From: Klebsormidium nitens
Taxonomy: Eukaryota > Plantae > Klebsormidiophyceae
Reading direction: 5' to 3'
NCBI GenBank assembly: GCA_000708835.1
Contig: DF237086.1
Location: 111,079 to 175,078, forward strand
Length of the DNA stretch: 64,000 nt
Made by a program: the position numbers and the translations under genes. Of this stretch, positions 22,401 through 34,407 are shown piece after piece; position 1 is the first letter of the stretch, and every line of letters begins with the position of its first letter. The notes below the pieces were generated by a model. It had not been told where the DNA came from, did not search any database, and saw only the letters and a list, made by a program, of their open reading frames with translations.

Positions 22401-25400
22401 TTGCCACTTTCTTCGTTGGGTTGTATTTTGGAGCACAAATATCAAAGTCTAGAATACAATATGTAGCGGATCCCCAGCAGGGAGCGTCAGCAAGAGGCGC
22501 CTCAACGGTGCCTGTGGGGATAACTTCAAGATGCTCAGAGTGTCCGCAGATATGAAGGGGTGGACTTGCGTTGTCTCAGAGGCCGCAGCTAGAAACCGCC
22601 AGTGAAGACTGGTACTTCTTATGAGACTCCTCGATGCTTTTGTTTGGCATCGATGCTCGCAATGTCGTCGTTGTCGGAGAATAGGCCAGATCTTGTTCCC
22701 GAATTCCGCTCATCTTTCACCTTTGAGTTCCCCCGCGTTCCTTGCGTTCTTTTGAACCCCAGATTTTTCTCTTCTTCTCTCGAGAGGATTATCAGGGCCG
22801 CTGTGGACCTTATCTATGCCAAGTTGCTTTCACAGTCATCGCGTCGCTGATCCTAATTCCTTATACGTGGCTGATAGCGTATGGTTCGTCCATCCACAGG
22901 AGCCGGAGGAAGCTCAGCGGCGGCAGGCCCTCAAAAGCAGTGTCCGCCAGGCGCTGGGCGGCGCTTCGAAAGTCTCGAAGTCGAACGAGGACGAGGGGAA
23001 CGAAGGCGAGACGGATCACGATTTCGATGCACGCATGCGGCGGCAGGTGCTGGACCGGAGACGGAAGATCGGGGTACCCGAGCCGGCGAAGAAGCCGGAA
23101 CGGCCGAGTGAGTGTGGAAATTGTTGCTCAACAATGCGGGCCACAACAGATATGCTGTTTACGTATATGCACTTTGAGCTGGGCGTTTATGTTTTGTGGC
23201 ACTTTCGTGATGTGTCGGCCATGTCTTGCTCACTGTGTCTGAAGTGGGTGTCGATCAGCGCTCCTGCAATGGTAATGGCTTCGCCTTCGTAAGCAGAGAG
23301 TCTCCAGAGAGATTGACCGTTCCGTGGCACCAGTTTTGTGCTGACGCAATTCTTGAGGCCGTCGCTGTGCTTCCTCTGGAGGTTGAAAGATGAGGAGGCA
23401 CTCTCCCGCAATGGGGTTTACCTTCGCCCCCCTTTTACAGACTCGTTCTGCGTCGAATCCCCTAGATGGATTTGGATAGGTTTGATCTGACTGCAGTCTT
23501 GTTAAGTGCTGCAAGATGCAAGCTTTCTGCGGATACCTGTGGCGTAGCGCTCCTCATTGTCTGATCATCTGACGAGAGCTTTTACCATTGTTGCAGAAGT
23601 AGAAAGAAGGGACGACCCGTCACCCTCAGCAGACGCCAGGGAAGAAGAGTCGGATACGGATGGGTAAGCTTCGCCGACAAGATCTGCCGTTTGTATGCTC
23701 GACAGGGGCGTAAGCTCATAGCTTGACAGGGGCGTAAGCTCATAGCTTGACAGGGGCGAAAGCTCATAGCAGACCTATATGTATGCACGGCGACATCGAG
23801 GCAGTAAAACAGTAAAATCGGTCTCGGAGTCGCTGCAAGGAGCACCATCAGCTACGTCATCTGGTGCATTCAGGAGTGTTACCTAGAGCCTTCGGGCGCC
23901 AGTTCGGTGACGGAATTTGCGGCGGTCGTTTCGAGTCTAGCAAGCCTTTGCGGGGGCCATGAAAAACTGCGAGAACTAGAACTGGACTTTCCTTGGAGCA
24001 GGGACTCTGGGGATGACGGCCGGCGAAAGGTAGATCCGCTGAAGCTGCGGCGGCGGAAGGAGATGCTGGGGTCGGCGGCACGGGCGGAACTGGCGGAACA
24101 GCGGAACGAGGACCTGCAGATGCTGACGCCGCTCGAGCAACAGCGGGCCAAGTACAAGCAGAAAAAGCGGGCGATCGGGAACAGGGAGGCCGAGGTGGGT
24201 TTGGTGTTGGTTTTGCGCTTTATTAAGATCTGGTTTAGCGAATGAGCATGGCTTTGGTTCGAGAGAACTCCGCAAGTGGACGAGCAAGGCTTTTGGATCT
24301 GATGACCCGTTGAGTCAAGCAGGGCGGCTGAGGACAGGGAGGCCGAGGTAAGCGCAGTGTGGCCCTGATTCGTCTTGGCAGTCTTAACAGTGATGGCACC
24401 AGCGCTGTTGAAATTTGTGGAGTACAAGGAGGAGAAGCGGCGCGTTGGTAAACAGGGACGCCAAGGTGACAACTCCGGATTGTTGCCCTTCGTTCCAGTA
24501 GTGAACAGAAGGGAATGAATCGCAAACTTTCTTGTCCTGTGAAGAAGCAAGCGAATGTGAACCGGAAGGACGAGGGGGTGCAAAGAGAAAGTGCGCGTGC
24601 TTTCTGCGAGTCCCGTCTTATTGCGGAATCAGGGCGGTCGGACGTTGCTCTTTGCGGGCCGTCAGCGCAGGTGTTGCCTGCGGAAGGACGACTCGGTGGG
24701 TCATGAGTGGCAGAGGGAAGTCTTACAGAGCCGTAAGGCATCTTTGAGCCAGGCGGTGCCGCCTCTCGCCCTCTGAGCGGATAAATAATCTTGAATAATC
24801 CTTCTTAGCGCTTGAAGAAAAACGCCGACGTCACGCCCACGTCATTTTGCAGACACTCGCGAAGCTCGCCAAGTTTAAGGGCTTCCTCTCGGGGGCGGCC
24901 AAGGGAGCCCCGGGGGAGCCGCCTGGTAAGAAACTTGCGCTCGGGAGGGACGAGGAAGAGGACGAAGAGGACCCGGGGTGGCTCAACCATTCGCTCGAGT
25001 TTGCCCCAGACCCAAAGTCAAAGGTGAGCGTGGCGGTGTCCCCAGATCTACGTTCTTGGATGGTGCGCGCTTTGCTTAGCTAAGGAATTTTGCTTCTGTA
25101 TTGGTTGCGCCTTTCTGCATGTGTGGGAGGCCGCTTCTGGTAAAACAGCCGTTCGGTAGCGGAAGGCATGCCGAGAAGCACCGAACTTTGGAACCCTCTG
25201 GAGTGACATTTTCCAAACAACAATGGAGCGGATTTTTTTTTCAATGGATCTTTGCTGTTGCGGTGCTTCTGTTGTATTCCATGCCTGTCCGGAGAAATTC
25301 CATCTGGCCTACTTGTTGGCCAGCACCGTAACCTGGATACGGGAAGATGGGCACATAGCCCTCCCGACCTTTGTGCTGCATAACGGGTGTTTGGGTAAAC

Positions 25401-25622
25401 ACTGAGCTATGGAAACGACAAGGGCGTGTCATCAAAGATGCTCACGGGCGCGCTTTCGTGTTGCAGGCGAAGGATAACATGGCCCGGAACGACGACCCCG
25501 ACCAATACGCTGTGGTAGACCCTTTGTTGGCGAAAGGCAAGGACGCAAAGTTGAGCAAGTTGCAAGCGCAGATGAAGAAGCGAAGTCGAGAGTGGGGGAA
25601 GACGTCTGGCCTGAAAGGGTAA
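19426..25622 (+). CDS. CWC27: Spliceosome-associated cyclophilin CWC27 / plant CYP57 orthologue; 11 exons, 515 aa
   Basis: Exons 19426-19533, 19905-20016, 20611-20789, 21211-21309, 21641-21747, 22245-22392, 22900-23107, 23597-23663, 24002-24194, 24853-25023, 25467-25622 join in frame (1548 nt). Motifs: [76 protein letters not shown]. Confidence 0.92.
20419..24470 (+). repeat. Intronic echoes of exon edges in CWC27 (2 acceptor-side, 2 donor-side)
   Basis: gcaggggg(c/t)g(c/a)gtc(c/t)a(c/t)ct occurs with its AG at 20421 and 20514, and at the real acceptor 20609. The exon-9 end acagggaggccgag|gt (24181) is echoed at 24334 and, more diverged, at 24421-24470. Confidence 0.85.
23701..23770. repeat. 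24-bp tandem minisatellite, ~3 copies, intronic
   Basis: gacaggggcgtaagctcatagctt at 23701 and 23725, plus a near copy at 23749; no spacers. Confidence 0.95.
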
Positions 25623-25680
25623 ACTGAACTTGACCTATTTACGATCACCATGTTAAGGTCGATCGTCACTCTGGTGTTGT

Positions 25681-25766
25681 CGTCCGCACCGACATCCTAG
25701 ACCCTGCGCACGANNNNNNNNNNNNNNNNNNNNTCGTGCGCAGGGTCCAGGATGTCGGTGTGGACG
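25681..25766. repeat. 33-bp inverted repeat directly flanking a 20-N assembly gap (25714-25733)
   Basis: The reverse complement of 25681-25713 matches 25734-25766 at 31/33 positions. Confidence 0.9.
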
Positions 25767-26756
25767 GCGGGCGGCGAAGCGTCTGCCGGTGCGGGGTCGG
25801 CAGGTACACATTTATGGGTAGTTCCTGAAGCAGCAATGCCGCCAACACCTTGGCAAATGACACATCCGAGATTATGCACATTGTGTCGACTCCACATGCG
25901 ATTGAATTTCATTGCTGTCAAAGAATAAAGATCGCATCTCAACCACCAAGGAACGCAGCACAATGGCCTCGTCTCAATCTTAAGTGTCAGTCATGTAATG
26001 TAGGATTCAATTTAGGGTTATATAAGGTTATGCTGGCACGGCGGCTACCATGTTGGAGTGGCCGGATGGTTGCATCGGGTCCATATGGGATAGCTCAGTC
26101 CTGCATGGTGCACCTACCTTACAACTAGGCTCAATATCAGATCGTCCGCATAAAGGCTACACGCGTACATGGGTGGGTATTACGCGGATAATACTTCATA
26201 CGTGGGTATATAAAAACTAGTACCGTGCTCATAATAATCAGCACTATAGCCAAAGTGCATGAGGCGCGTTCGCAGTTGCACTGAGCCCATCATTTCATGG
26301 CATGCTGCATGCGGCACTGTGATGGTTTAGAAGCTGTATAACTTCTGCCAGACATGCTCAACCACCCCCAGAACTCATGGTGACAGCGAGCCTGGCAGCA
26401 TTCAACGGAAATGCACGTGCAATTGATGCAAGCGACATGTGCCGCCCTGGCAGAGACTCTCTGAGAACATTGCAAAAACAAAATCTGCTGTGAGCTGGGG
26501 AGTCCGGTCAGGCTTGAAACCACTGCATGCACTTAAATTCAAGATAGCTCATATGATAGGCAAATATAGCGCAGTTGAATCACAGCCGCCTTATCTGGCC
26601 CTCAGAATATGAGTATATTGAAGCAACACATCCACCTTTCTTCACCTTAGCAGCACGGAGAACCCATGTGGACCATGCCTTGTGCTCAGTTCCAACAACA
26701 ACATTCTTTGCCTGCTTCCGAAAAGGGGAAACCCAACCCGATCAAGGGCGCCCCGC

Positions 26757-29103
26757 CTACTTCTTCTTGCCAGCCTTGCCAGCCTTTCTACGGATGACCT
26801 CGCCCTGGAACTTGATACCCTTGCCCTTGTACGGCTCTGGCGGCCTCCACCGCCGAACGGACGCCGCAAACTGTCCGACCAACTCCTTGTCGCGCCCGGA
26901 GATGTTCATCCTCGTGTTGCCCTCTACCTTAACGTTGATACCCTCGGGGATCTCCATGACAACCGGGTGGCTGAAACCCAGGTTCATGGTTAGCGTCTGA
27001 CCCGCCACGGAGGCACGGTAACCAACACCAATCAGCTCTAGGTCCTTCTTGAAGCCGGTGGAGACGCCGTTGATCATGTTGGCCGTGAGGGTCCTGCGAT
27101 TACGGGTCAGGAAACGGTAAGAGGTGCTCGAAAGAGTGCTCCGGCAGCGCAAGTATTCCCTACGAGAGGATCTTCAGAGGATGACGAAGAAGCCCACAAG
27201 GCTGCCAGTCATGAGAAGTGGTCAGAAGAACTTTCCCGCAGAGATCTTTGCCTCAGTCTCACGAAAAGTATCAGCAAGAGGAGGTCATGGCAAAAACCTT
27301 TCAGCTCATACATTCCAACCAATTTTCAGAGAGCTGATTTGAACGTAGAGTAAGAGCAGGGCAACCGACGCGGGACGTTTCTAATCAAGCAAATTGGCAA
27401 CCTTTAATTGCACATCCAAAAACGTCCCTGGTTGCGCACCTTCACGATTACAAGCGATGAACAGCTATAGGCTTCATCAAAGCGCTTTTCCCAAAAGCAA
27501 ACCAACCCGCTCTGCCCTCACCTGAAGAGGCCATGCATCTGCCGCGACCGCCTCGTCTCATCTGTCCTGAACACCGACACCGACTCCCCTTCCTTCTCCA
27601 GCCTCACTTCACGGGGGTACTCCCGTGTGAGCAGCCCCAAGGGGCCCTTCGCCTCCAGGCTCTTGTCCTTCAGAGTGACGGTGACTCCCTTCGGGATGGG
27701 GATCGGCGCCTTGCCGATACGAGATTCTTTGCACACAATGGCAGGGGTAGGGAGCACCGCGCGCTGGCTGGTGGAGCAGACGGGGGGAAGATGGTGCGCT
27801 CCGGAGAGGAAAGTGTTTCTGTAGCAGACAGCGAGGAATAATATGTTCAGGTTCTCAGCTTACTATGCAGAAGGATAGGTTGGGGGAAGGGCCGTGTGGG
27901 AGTGCAAACGAGCCAGGGTCTCTCTCACCAAGGAACTACTCTTCTAATGAGCAGTAAAGAAGGTACTTGTGTCGTGGAAAGAGCGGTCCAATAGCTCCAA
28001 CATTCAATTGATGAGCAGAGTGCGTAATCTTGCCGAAAGTGGTGGTGTAACAATAGCAGGTTCTTTCCGCAATACCAATTCCAATCCGTCCAAAACTACC
28101 ACGTTCAAAAGCATACGGGCATTACAAAGCGGAGTCGTTGCAAGATTGTGACATCTGTAGAGAGCTACCTTGTTGACATCGTCTCTACGAAACGTTCCAG
28201 CCCACATTGCTGCTCTGCTAGCTGCCCCGTTGTGCCCAAGCAGGACTTAAGGTCGGACAATTCTGAAATGGAACTCTTATCCAAGTACGCACACTGAATG
28301 TAGCACCAGTGTCTCCAACAGTGACTCGTGAAAAGGAAGTCGTGGCTGAGCTGAAGTTGCATTGCAAACCAAGGGGGTAGCAGCTGATCCATCATCGGTG
28401 TCACATCAGCCGCAATGCAGTGCCTGAGGGGCATGCGTACAGCAACTCCTGCTTGCGCGCCCTTGCTAATCTCACAGCAATACTCACCATAGCGGACCGA
28501 AAGACTACAGGGCACTGACAGCAAATCTAACAGCACTATGACCACTTTGCGTCAAACCCCTAAAATGCAAATTTGACAGTACGCCAGAGGGCCTCCATAA
28601 ATAACAACTGACCTGGATGCCTGGAAGGATCCGCAACCCTGCAAGAAACAGGCAAGCGGGCTCGGTTATGCTGCTCGCTGACCTGTGACTTCTATGGCTA
28701 CTTTAGACCGTTACCAAGCGAACCCCAGACCATTGCAAAGGGTAAACAGCAAAATGCAGGTACATCATTAAAAGATTTTTTGCTCACACAATGTGTAGCA
28801 TGGGCCTAACCCTACCAAACCCAGCGATAAGTGCATTACAGCTCGAATGTTTGATGACGAAGATACCAGCAAATGGGCGACACATAGGCGGGCAAACGAG
28901 GGAACAGCGTCAACTGGACCTTCCCAATGCAGGAACACAGACGTGCAACTAGTCCCTACTGATAGGGTCCTCGTAGAGACAATGCGAAATGCACTTGGTG
29001 AGTGCAACATTGCTGAAAAGTTGTTCGCTGTGCGCACCTTGTCTAAAGCAGGAGTCCAGGACAAGGCCCCTGCACACGACCCTACAGCAGCCATCGCCGC
29101 CAT
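26757..29103 (-). CDS. RPL6: Plastid 50S ribosomal protein uL6 precursor (nuclear encoded)
   Basis: Firm exons are 27818-27522 ([26 protein letters not shown]) and 27093-26757 ([38 protein letters not shown]). A Ser/Ala-rich transit-like start, [12 protein letters not shown], begins at 29103. The 5' exon structure between 29103 and 27818 is unresolved. Confidence 0.9.
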
Positions 29104-30066
29104 GATGGCCCCTTTCTGCGCGTCCCCGCTCTTCTATCACATACACAGCGTCCGATATTCGGGCCCCTCTCGCCCAATACTAAACAGACACCCACTCAGG
29201 GCAGAAGTAAACTGGCCCAGTGCGGGGTACAGCTTCGAGAACCTGACCTTTCCCTTTGTTTATCTGTCCCCCACAGGCTCCGTCCACCCTGCTCCAAACA
29301 AACACACACGAGCCTGCTCCAAAAGAAGTATTCCTGAGCTGTTCAAAAGCTCAAGCAGAGCCTAAGGCTTCCAAGTTTCAAGCGCCGCCAAACTTCCAAG
29401 TCTGCCCTATTAGAATCTGACTTATCGGACGTATGGCATTGGAAACTGCTTGCGTATGATCTTCTGCTCTGGTAATATACTGCGCTTATAACGTTGTCCA
29501 ATGTCGACTCTCGAGCTCTCCCTTCGAACTCGGTAAGACAAGATATATTCAGATCACGCTTCACGGCTCGAGTCGCGGCCGGCGGCGGCCTCCTTATGAT
29601 CTTTTTGAGCCTGCATATCCGCATGTTTCAAGCGCGTACACCGCCTTGATAGATGCCAATTTCTTAGGTTCCAAAATCCACGAATTCAAGCCACTGGCAA
29701 ATTTTGAAAGGAGGTTTGCTACCAAGAAATCGAACCTCCTCCAGAACCTGCTCCAGAAATATTTAAGCGTTGCTTTCCCAGGACCATCTGCCCTCCCACC
29801 TGTTGACAGCATTGCTGCTTTTGAGGTGTTTCAATGCTGCACCTGGCACCACCACCCCGTAATGCTTTTGAAGGTTCCTGAGTTCAATTGAGATCAGGCT
29901 TGAAACTTGCTGAATTCTTCTGTGGCGCCCTGCAATTTGTAAAGTCTTCAAGTGATAAGTGGAGTGGTAAGTGCATAAAGGCACTAGATTCAACTCATCA
30001 AACTCAGGCAGGTGCGCTGATCGCTGGGGCGGTCAGATTCTCGAGACGATTGTACGCGGACGGAGG

Positions 30067-31175
30067 ATGGGGTCCATAGCAAGGAGAGAGCTGGTCAATC
30101 TGGCCGCTCTGGCATCCAGGCTTTTGCAGGCTGGTAGACGTTCTGGCGCTGTCGAGGGGCCTGCAAGCTCAGCTGTAGGTGCTGGGATGCACGGAAGGCT
30201 GCTGCATTCCAGTGGTGCAGCATGTGCGCAGAGTGCGGCGGCGCCAGCCTCCGCTACAGATGACAGGTGCGTTGACGGGAGGTTCTCCCATTGATTTTTC
30301 AGCCCTGGTCATACGATTCGTAAGTATGTTTATGCAGTAAGATTGAGCAACAGGAGGAACAGCATTTTCTAGCCGATGTCAGCAATATCCACTTCTCAAA
30401 AACATTGTAGATTGCAGCCTTTTTGCCACGTTTTGCTATCAGAGTGCCGTACCTTCGTGCCGCTGATGCTGGTAGGCGCTCCACAAAGTAAGCACACAGT
30501 TTTGAAGAGCGTCTTTCCAAAGATCAAGTGCAAGGGTAACGTCGCACCACTGCTTTTGCATTCACAGAGGATGAGTGCGAAAACTTCACTGTGTTGCAGA
30601 ACTAATGGAGACTGCTTTCATTCAGCGCTTATGCCTAGGCCAAATGCGCTGGCTTTGACAAGCTTCTGAGTAACAGGAACGAGTGCTGGAGTACAGGAAG
30701 TGTCCTCTTTTGTTGGATACCAGTCCTAGTTCTGGGACTAAACGTCCAGGCCAAATGAGTAATTGTAAGCCGAGAATTCCTCAAAGAGATTAACAGCCAG
30801 TTCTGCTAGATACTTGCTCAGGCCCATCTGCGTCATCGTTCTTGCAGGCCGATCGGCAAAGAGGGTGCACTCAGTCTGGAAGATTGCTGCTTCAAAGAGA
30901 TGGAACTTGTGGGGGTCGGTTACAGAGCATCGGTGAATGAACGAGATCTGGTGATGAACCTGGGTTACAGTCATCCAGTTATTTTAAAAATTCCAGAGGG
31001 TTTGACAGTCAAAGTAGAGAGAAATGTTAGGGTAACAATAGCGGGTTATGACCGAGAACTGATAGGGCGTTTCTGTGCAAACATACGGGACCAACGACGT
31101 CCAGAGCCATACAAGGGCAAGGGTATCCGGTACTCAGATGAGATTATCACCAAAAAGGTTGGGAAGAAGAAGTAG
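30067..31175 (+). CDS. Second uL6-family protein: C-terminal L6 domain only, with N-terminal organelle-targeting-like peptide (175 aa, 2 exons)
   Basis: Exon 30067-30266 (MGSIARRELVNLAALASRLLQAGRR..RLLHSS..DD-AG|GTGCGT) and exon 30848-31175 (after cttgcag) join in phase. Contains [37 protein letters not shown]. Confidence 0.8.
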
Positions 31176-32171
31176 ACAATTCACTGCATCCCCACTGGAT
31201 CTGATACAGGCGTGTGTTTGTTGTTTCTCCTATTGACCTGTGGCAAGTGTGAGACACTGAGATCTCAACTTCAGACAATTCTAATCGGACCCTTTGAGCA
31301 ATTGTATTTGCCATGCAGCTCGATGTCTGCTTGAACTTGAAGCGGACTCTGATCGTTCAATGATCAATTACGAGATTTGGAACGTACGGAAAAAAAACTG
31401 CAGATCATTCCCCCCAAAAGCTTGTAGGTTGTGAACTTGACATGACCAATGCGGCTTCTACTTCTTGCACAGTGTGAGGTCTACATAAGGATCGTGTGCA
31501 ATGTGGCAAAGATCATTGCAAGAAATCATACGAGTCGGATGAAATTTCGCTTTCGTTGAGTCAAAAGTGAGTCTTAGGCAGATCATGTGACAAAATGATC
31601 GGGGGCCACGACATGGCCGTAAACATTCGCATCGCCATCACGCCACATGCATTCGAGGCTGCATGCGCCACTGGCATTGTATATGACGAACTAAGTTCGG
31701 AACTTACAGCTTTCTGAAGCAATGATACGTCACGAGACATGCATCGATCGATCATTGCATGAATGTAACCGGCCACAGCCTAGAACATGGATCAGACCAC
31801 GCACTGACAGAGTTCTTCGTTGAAAGTCTTTATGTACCATTGCGGACGGCACAGTAGCTACACGACTAGACAGCTTCTGACTGGTCACGAAGTCCGCTGG
31901 TGCCGCTGCTGATAAGCAAGCATGCAAGCGCCCGCTGCCTTCTTCCACAGAATTCTGGTTGTGACGTCAGCCTACGTGAGCTGCTTACCTTGTTCAGACA
32001 CTCATATAAGCGTGCTTAGATTATAAAGGAGAGGCTTGTACCTGAGCCGCGTTCACACTGCCTGCTTTGCAGGTAGACCTGATGAATCTTGGATCATTTA
32101 TAGTGGCCGGGACATCTTGTCGACAAAGATTTATGTACAGAGTTTCCGATTGTGACCAGGCTACGTCAAAT

Positions 32172-34407
32172 CTACTCTATCACGTGGTCAAGATCCCTGC
32201 CCGCAAGCACGCTGGAAATCCCCTTGGGCATCTCGCCCTTGATCATCCGCTTGACTGGACATCGGTCTGCAAGATAGAAATACGCCGTGATTTGGTGAAA
32301 GAATCCCTCTCCCCATGAAGTTTGAACCCGACTTTCATTTCTCTGGCGCTGAAACGTGTTGACTTTCGTCTCGTGGGTCATGGAACGAGGTCGTCAACAT
32401 TAATAGCCGTTCAGATAGCGAAAATCACCGAAAGTTCTGTCGTTGTCAACTTTACAGCAACTTTGCGAAACGTACCTGATCTAAGCGTGGCGGTGACATG
32501 ACGTCAGATAACAGATGGATTCCCCCCCGGGTACGGCTTGGCGCCAGAAGGAAGAAGAATAACAACGGGGCCTTCCGAAACTATGACGTCGCCCAGCGGC
32601 TTACGCTCCGTTTTCGGATGAACGGAGAAATCGAACAAGAAGTTGGACCAACCGCTGACTGAAGTGGTGCGAGTATACTGGAACCTTCCTTTTTTGCAAG
32701 CTCCCTCGCGGAAATGAGTGCGAGAACGAATCAATTTGCTGGCCGGTGTACGCCTCAAGTAAGACTTTTGAATGGAAGGAGAAGGCTTCCACGGTCTGCT
32801 GCTGAGATTTGTGCCCAGAAGAACAACGATCTGTAGATGCAGTGCGCCGAACAACGTGACAAGCGAAACGCTTTCGCTGCCGAGTGATCTCCCTCTCTTT
32901 CCAACCGCACCGCTTCCCTTTACGTCTTCCGCAAACCTTGACTGTGCTTCCGTGCTTGCAAGTGCAACCCCGATGGAATGATAGGGATCGTAGCGCGTTC
33001 AGTTGTCATCTGGTCACAACTTTCAGTGCAAGGGAATCTGGAATCCGACCCAATTTTCAAAGTTGCCACCGATTACTGTCAGCCGACGTCATCGCTTGGG
33101 AGCGACCATCTGCCCGTTCGCTGACTCTGGTCGTTACCTCGTTCAGTGGCGGGGGCGAACATCGGCGTTTGCGTTCCCCGGCCAATTTGAGCAGGGACTT
33201 GGAGATGCGATCGTGATGATCTACCGGCATAGGGCAGTACGGCTCAAAGAGGAAAGTGGAAGTGCGCCTGTATGCGCTCACCTCCAATCTCGTGCAGGCG
33301 CGCGCGCTGCGCGTACGTCAGCTGAGGCCCTGTCAGATGCACCGTCACCAGCAGCTCCTCAGGTACGTGGGCCCCTGCGAGCGGGAACAAGGCCTTTTTC
33401 AAAGTTGAGCGCTTCTATTCCGTTTCACTTTGCTTCTCAAGTCCGCTATGGCGGAGTTCTAAAGTCCTGGTGGCTCAAGCCTTTCAGAAACGAGTTGCAC
33501 TTCAAGCTGAGAGCCTTCATTGGCAGGTGGTATTATTTTTATAATTATTAGTAATATTATTCTTATTACGAACGATCAATCAGGCCTTCAGATGTTGGAA
33601 TTCAAACGAGAAAATGTCGGGTGAATCCGATTCGAAATAACGAGTAACGAATTGAGAGCCCGCCGAAGTGCGGAGAAAGCTTCGCGAACCCTTACAGATG
33701 TGAGTGAGAATGTGAGATCCTGAGGATGGAAAATCCGTTTACCGGATCAGGGGGGTTTGAACCTGGAATCATTGAGGCCTAAAGGCGATGTCAAAGTCCT
33801 ATGCTCGTAGATGTTCGAGAAGCTGCTAGACTGCTTCAAGTGGGAAAGCTTGAGAATCGCCGTTAGGACGAAAGCGTACTACTGCTAGACCTTCCAGGAC
33901 CGCGTACCCTTTCAAACGAACGAGCGAAGATCTGACGTCATGACCACTGTCATTTTGCGGCTCTGCCCGGAGAAAAACGTCCCCAAGCACCCAGTTCGAA
34001 GCAGAAAGTTGCCTTTTTTATGAAGAACCGACTCCGGAAGGCATACTATCCACCACTGCCGAAAGTTGCTGCATAGCTTACCTATTGGATCTCGAACCTC
34101 TTTGATCTGTGTGTATGTCTTCAAAGGGTTCAAGGAATATCGTCAGATGATTTCCAGAAGGGACGGACGTCTGAGTATCCACGTTGAGCTTCTTACCTGG
34201 CTTAGTGAACTCCCTGACCTCCACGTTCACCCGCTCGAGGGGCCACTTCTTTCTGTCTGCATACTGAGGACGAATAGGATTGAATGCCGCTTGTCCTTGG
34301 TACCAGGCAAGCAGGCAAAGTACCACAATTGGGACGTAGCGTAGCCACTGCCAAATCGGGTGAATCGACAAGACCGAAACTGCCCTGCGGCCTTTTTGAC
34401 GACCCAT
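32172..34407 (-). CDS. Putative spliced gene for a small single-pass membrane protein; middle exons unresolved
   Basis: Candidate first exon 34407-34197 (MGRQKGRR..WQWLRYVPIVVLCLLAWYQ.., donor G|GTAAGA). Candidate last exon 32266-32172 (after tatcttgcag, same phase). No family recognised. Confidence 0.3.

Noticed and set aside
23701-23770. CRISPR-like repeat
   Set aside because: The 24-bp units abut with no spacers, lie in a eukaryotic intron and have no cas genes nearby.
26170-26221. Helitron-like 3' end (gggtatataaaaactag followed by t)
   Set aside because: No convincing GC-rich subterminal hairpin at the expected distance and no identifiable 5' end.
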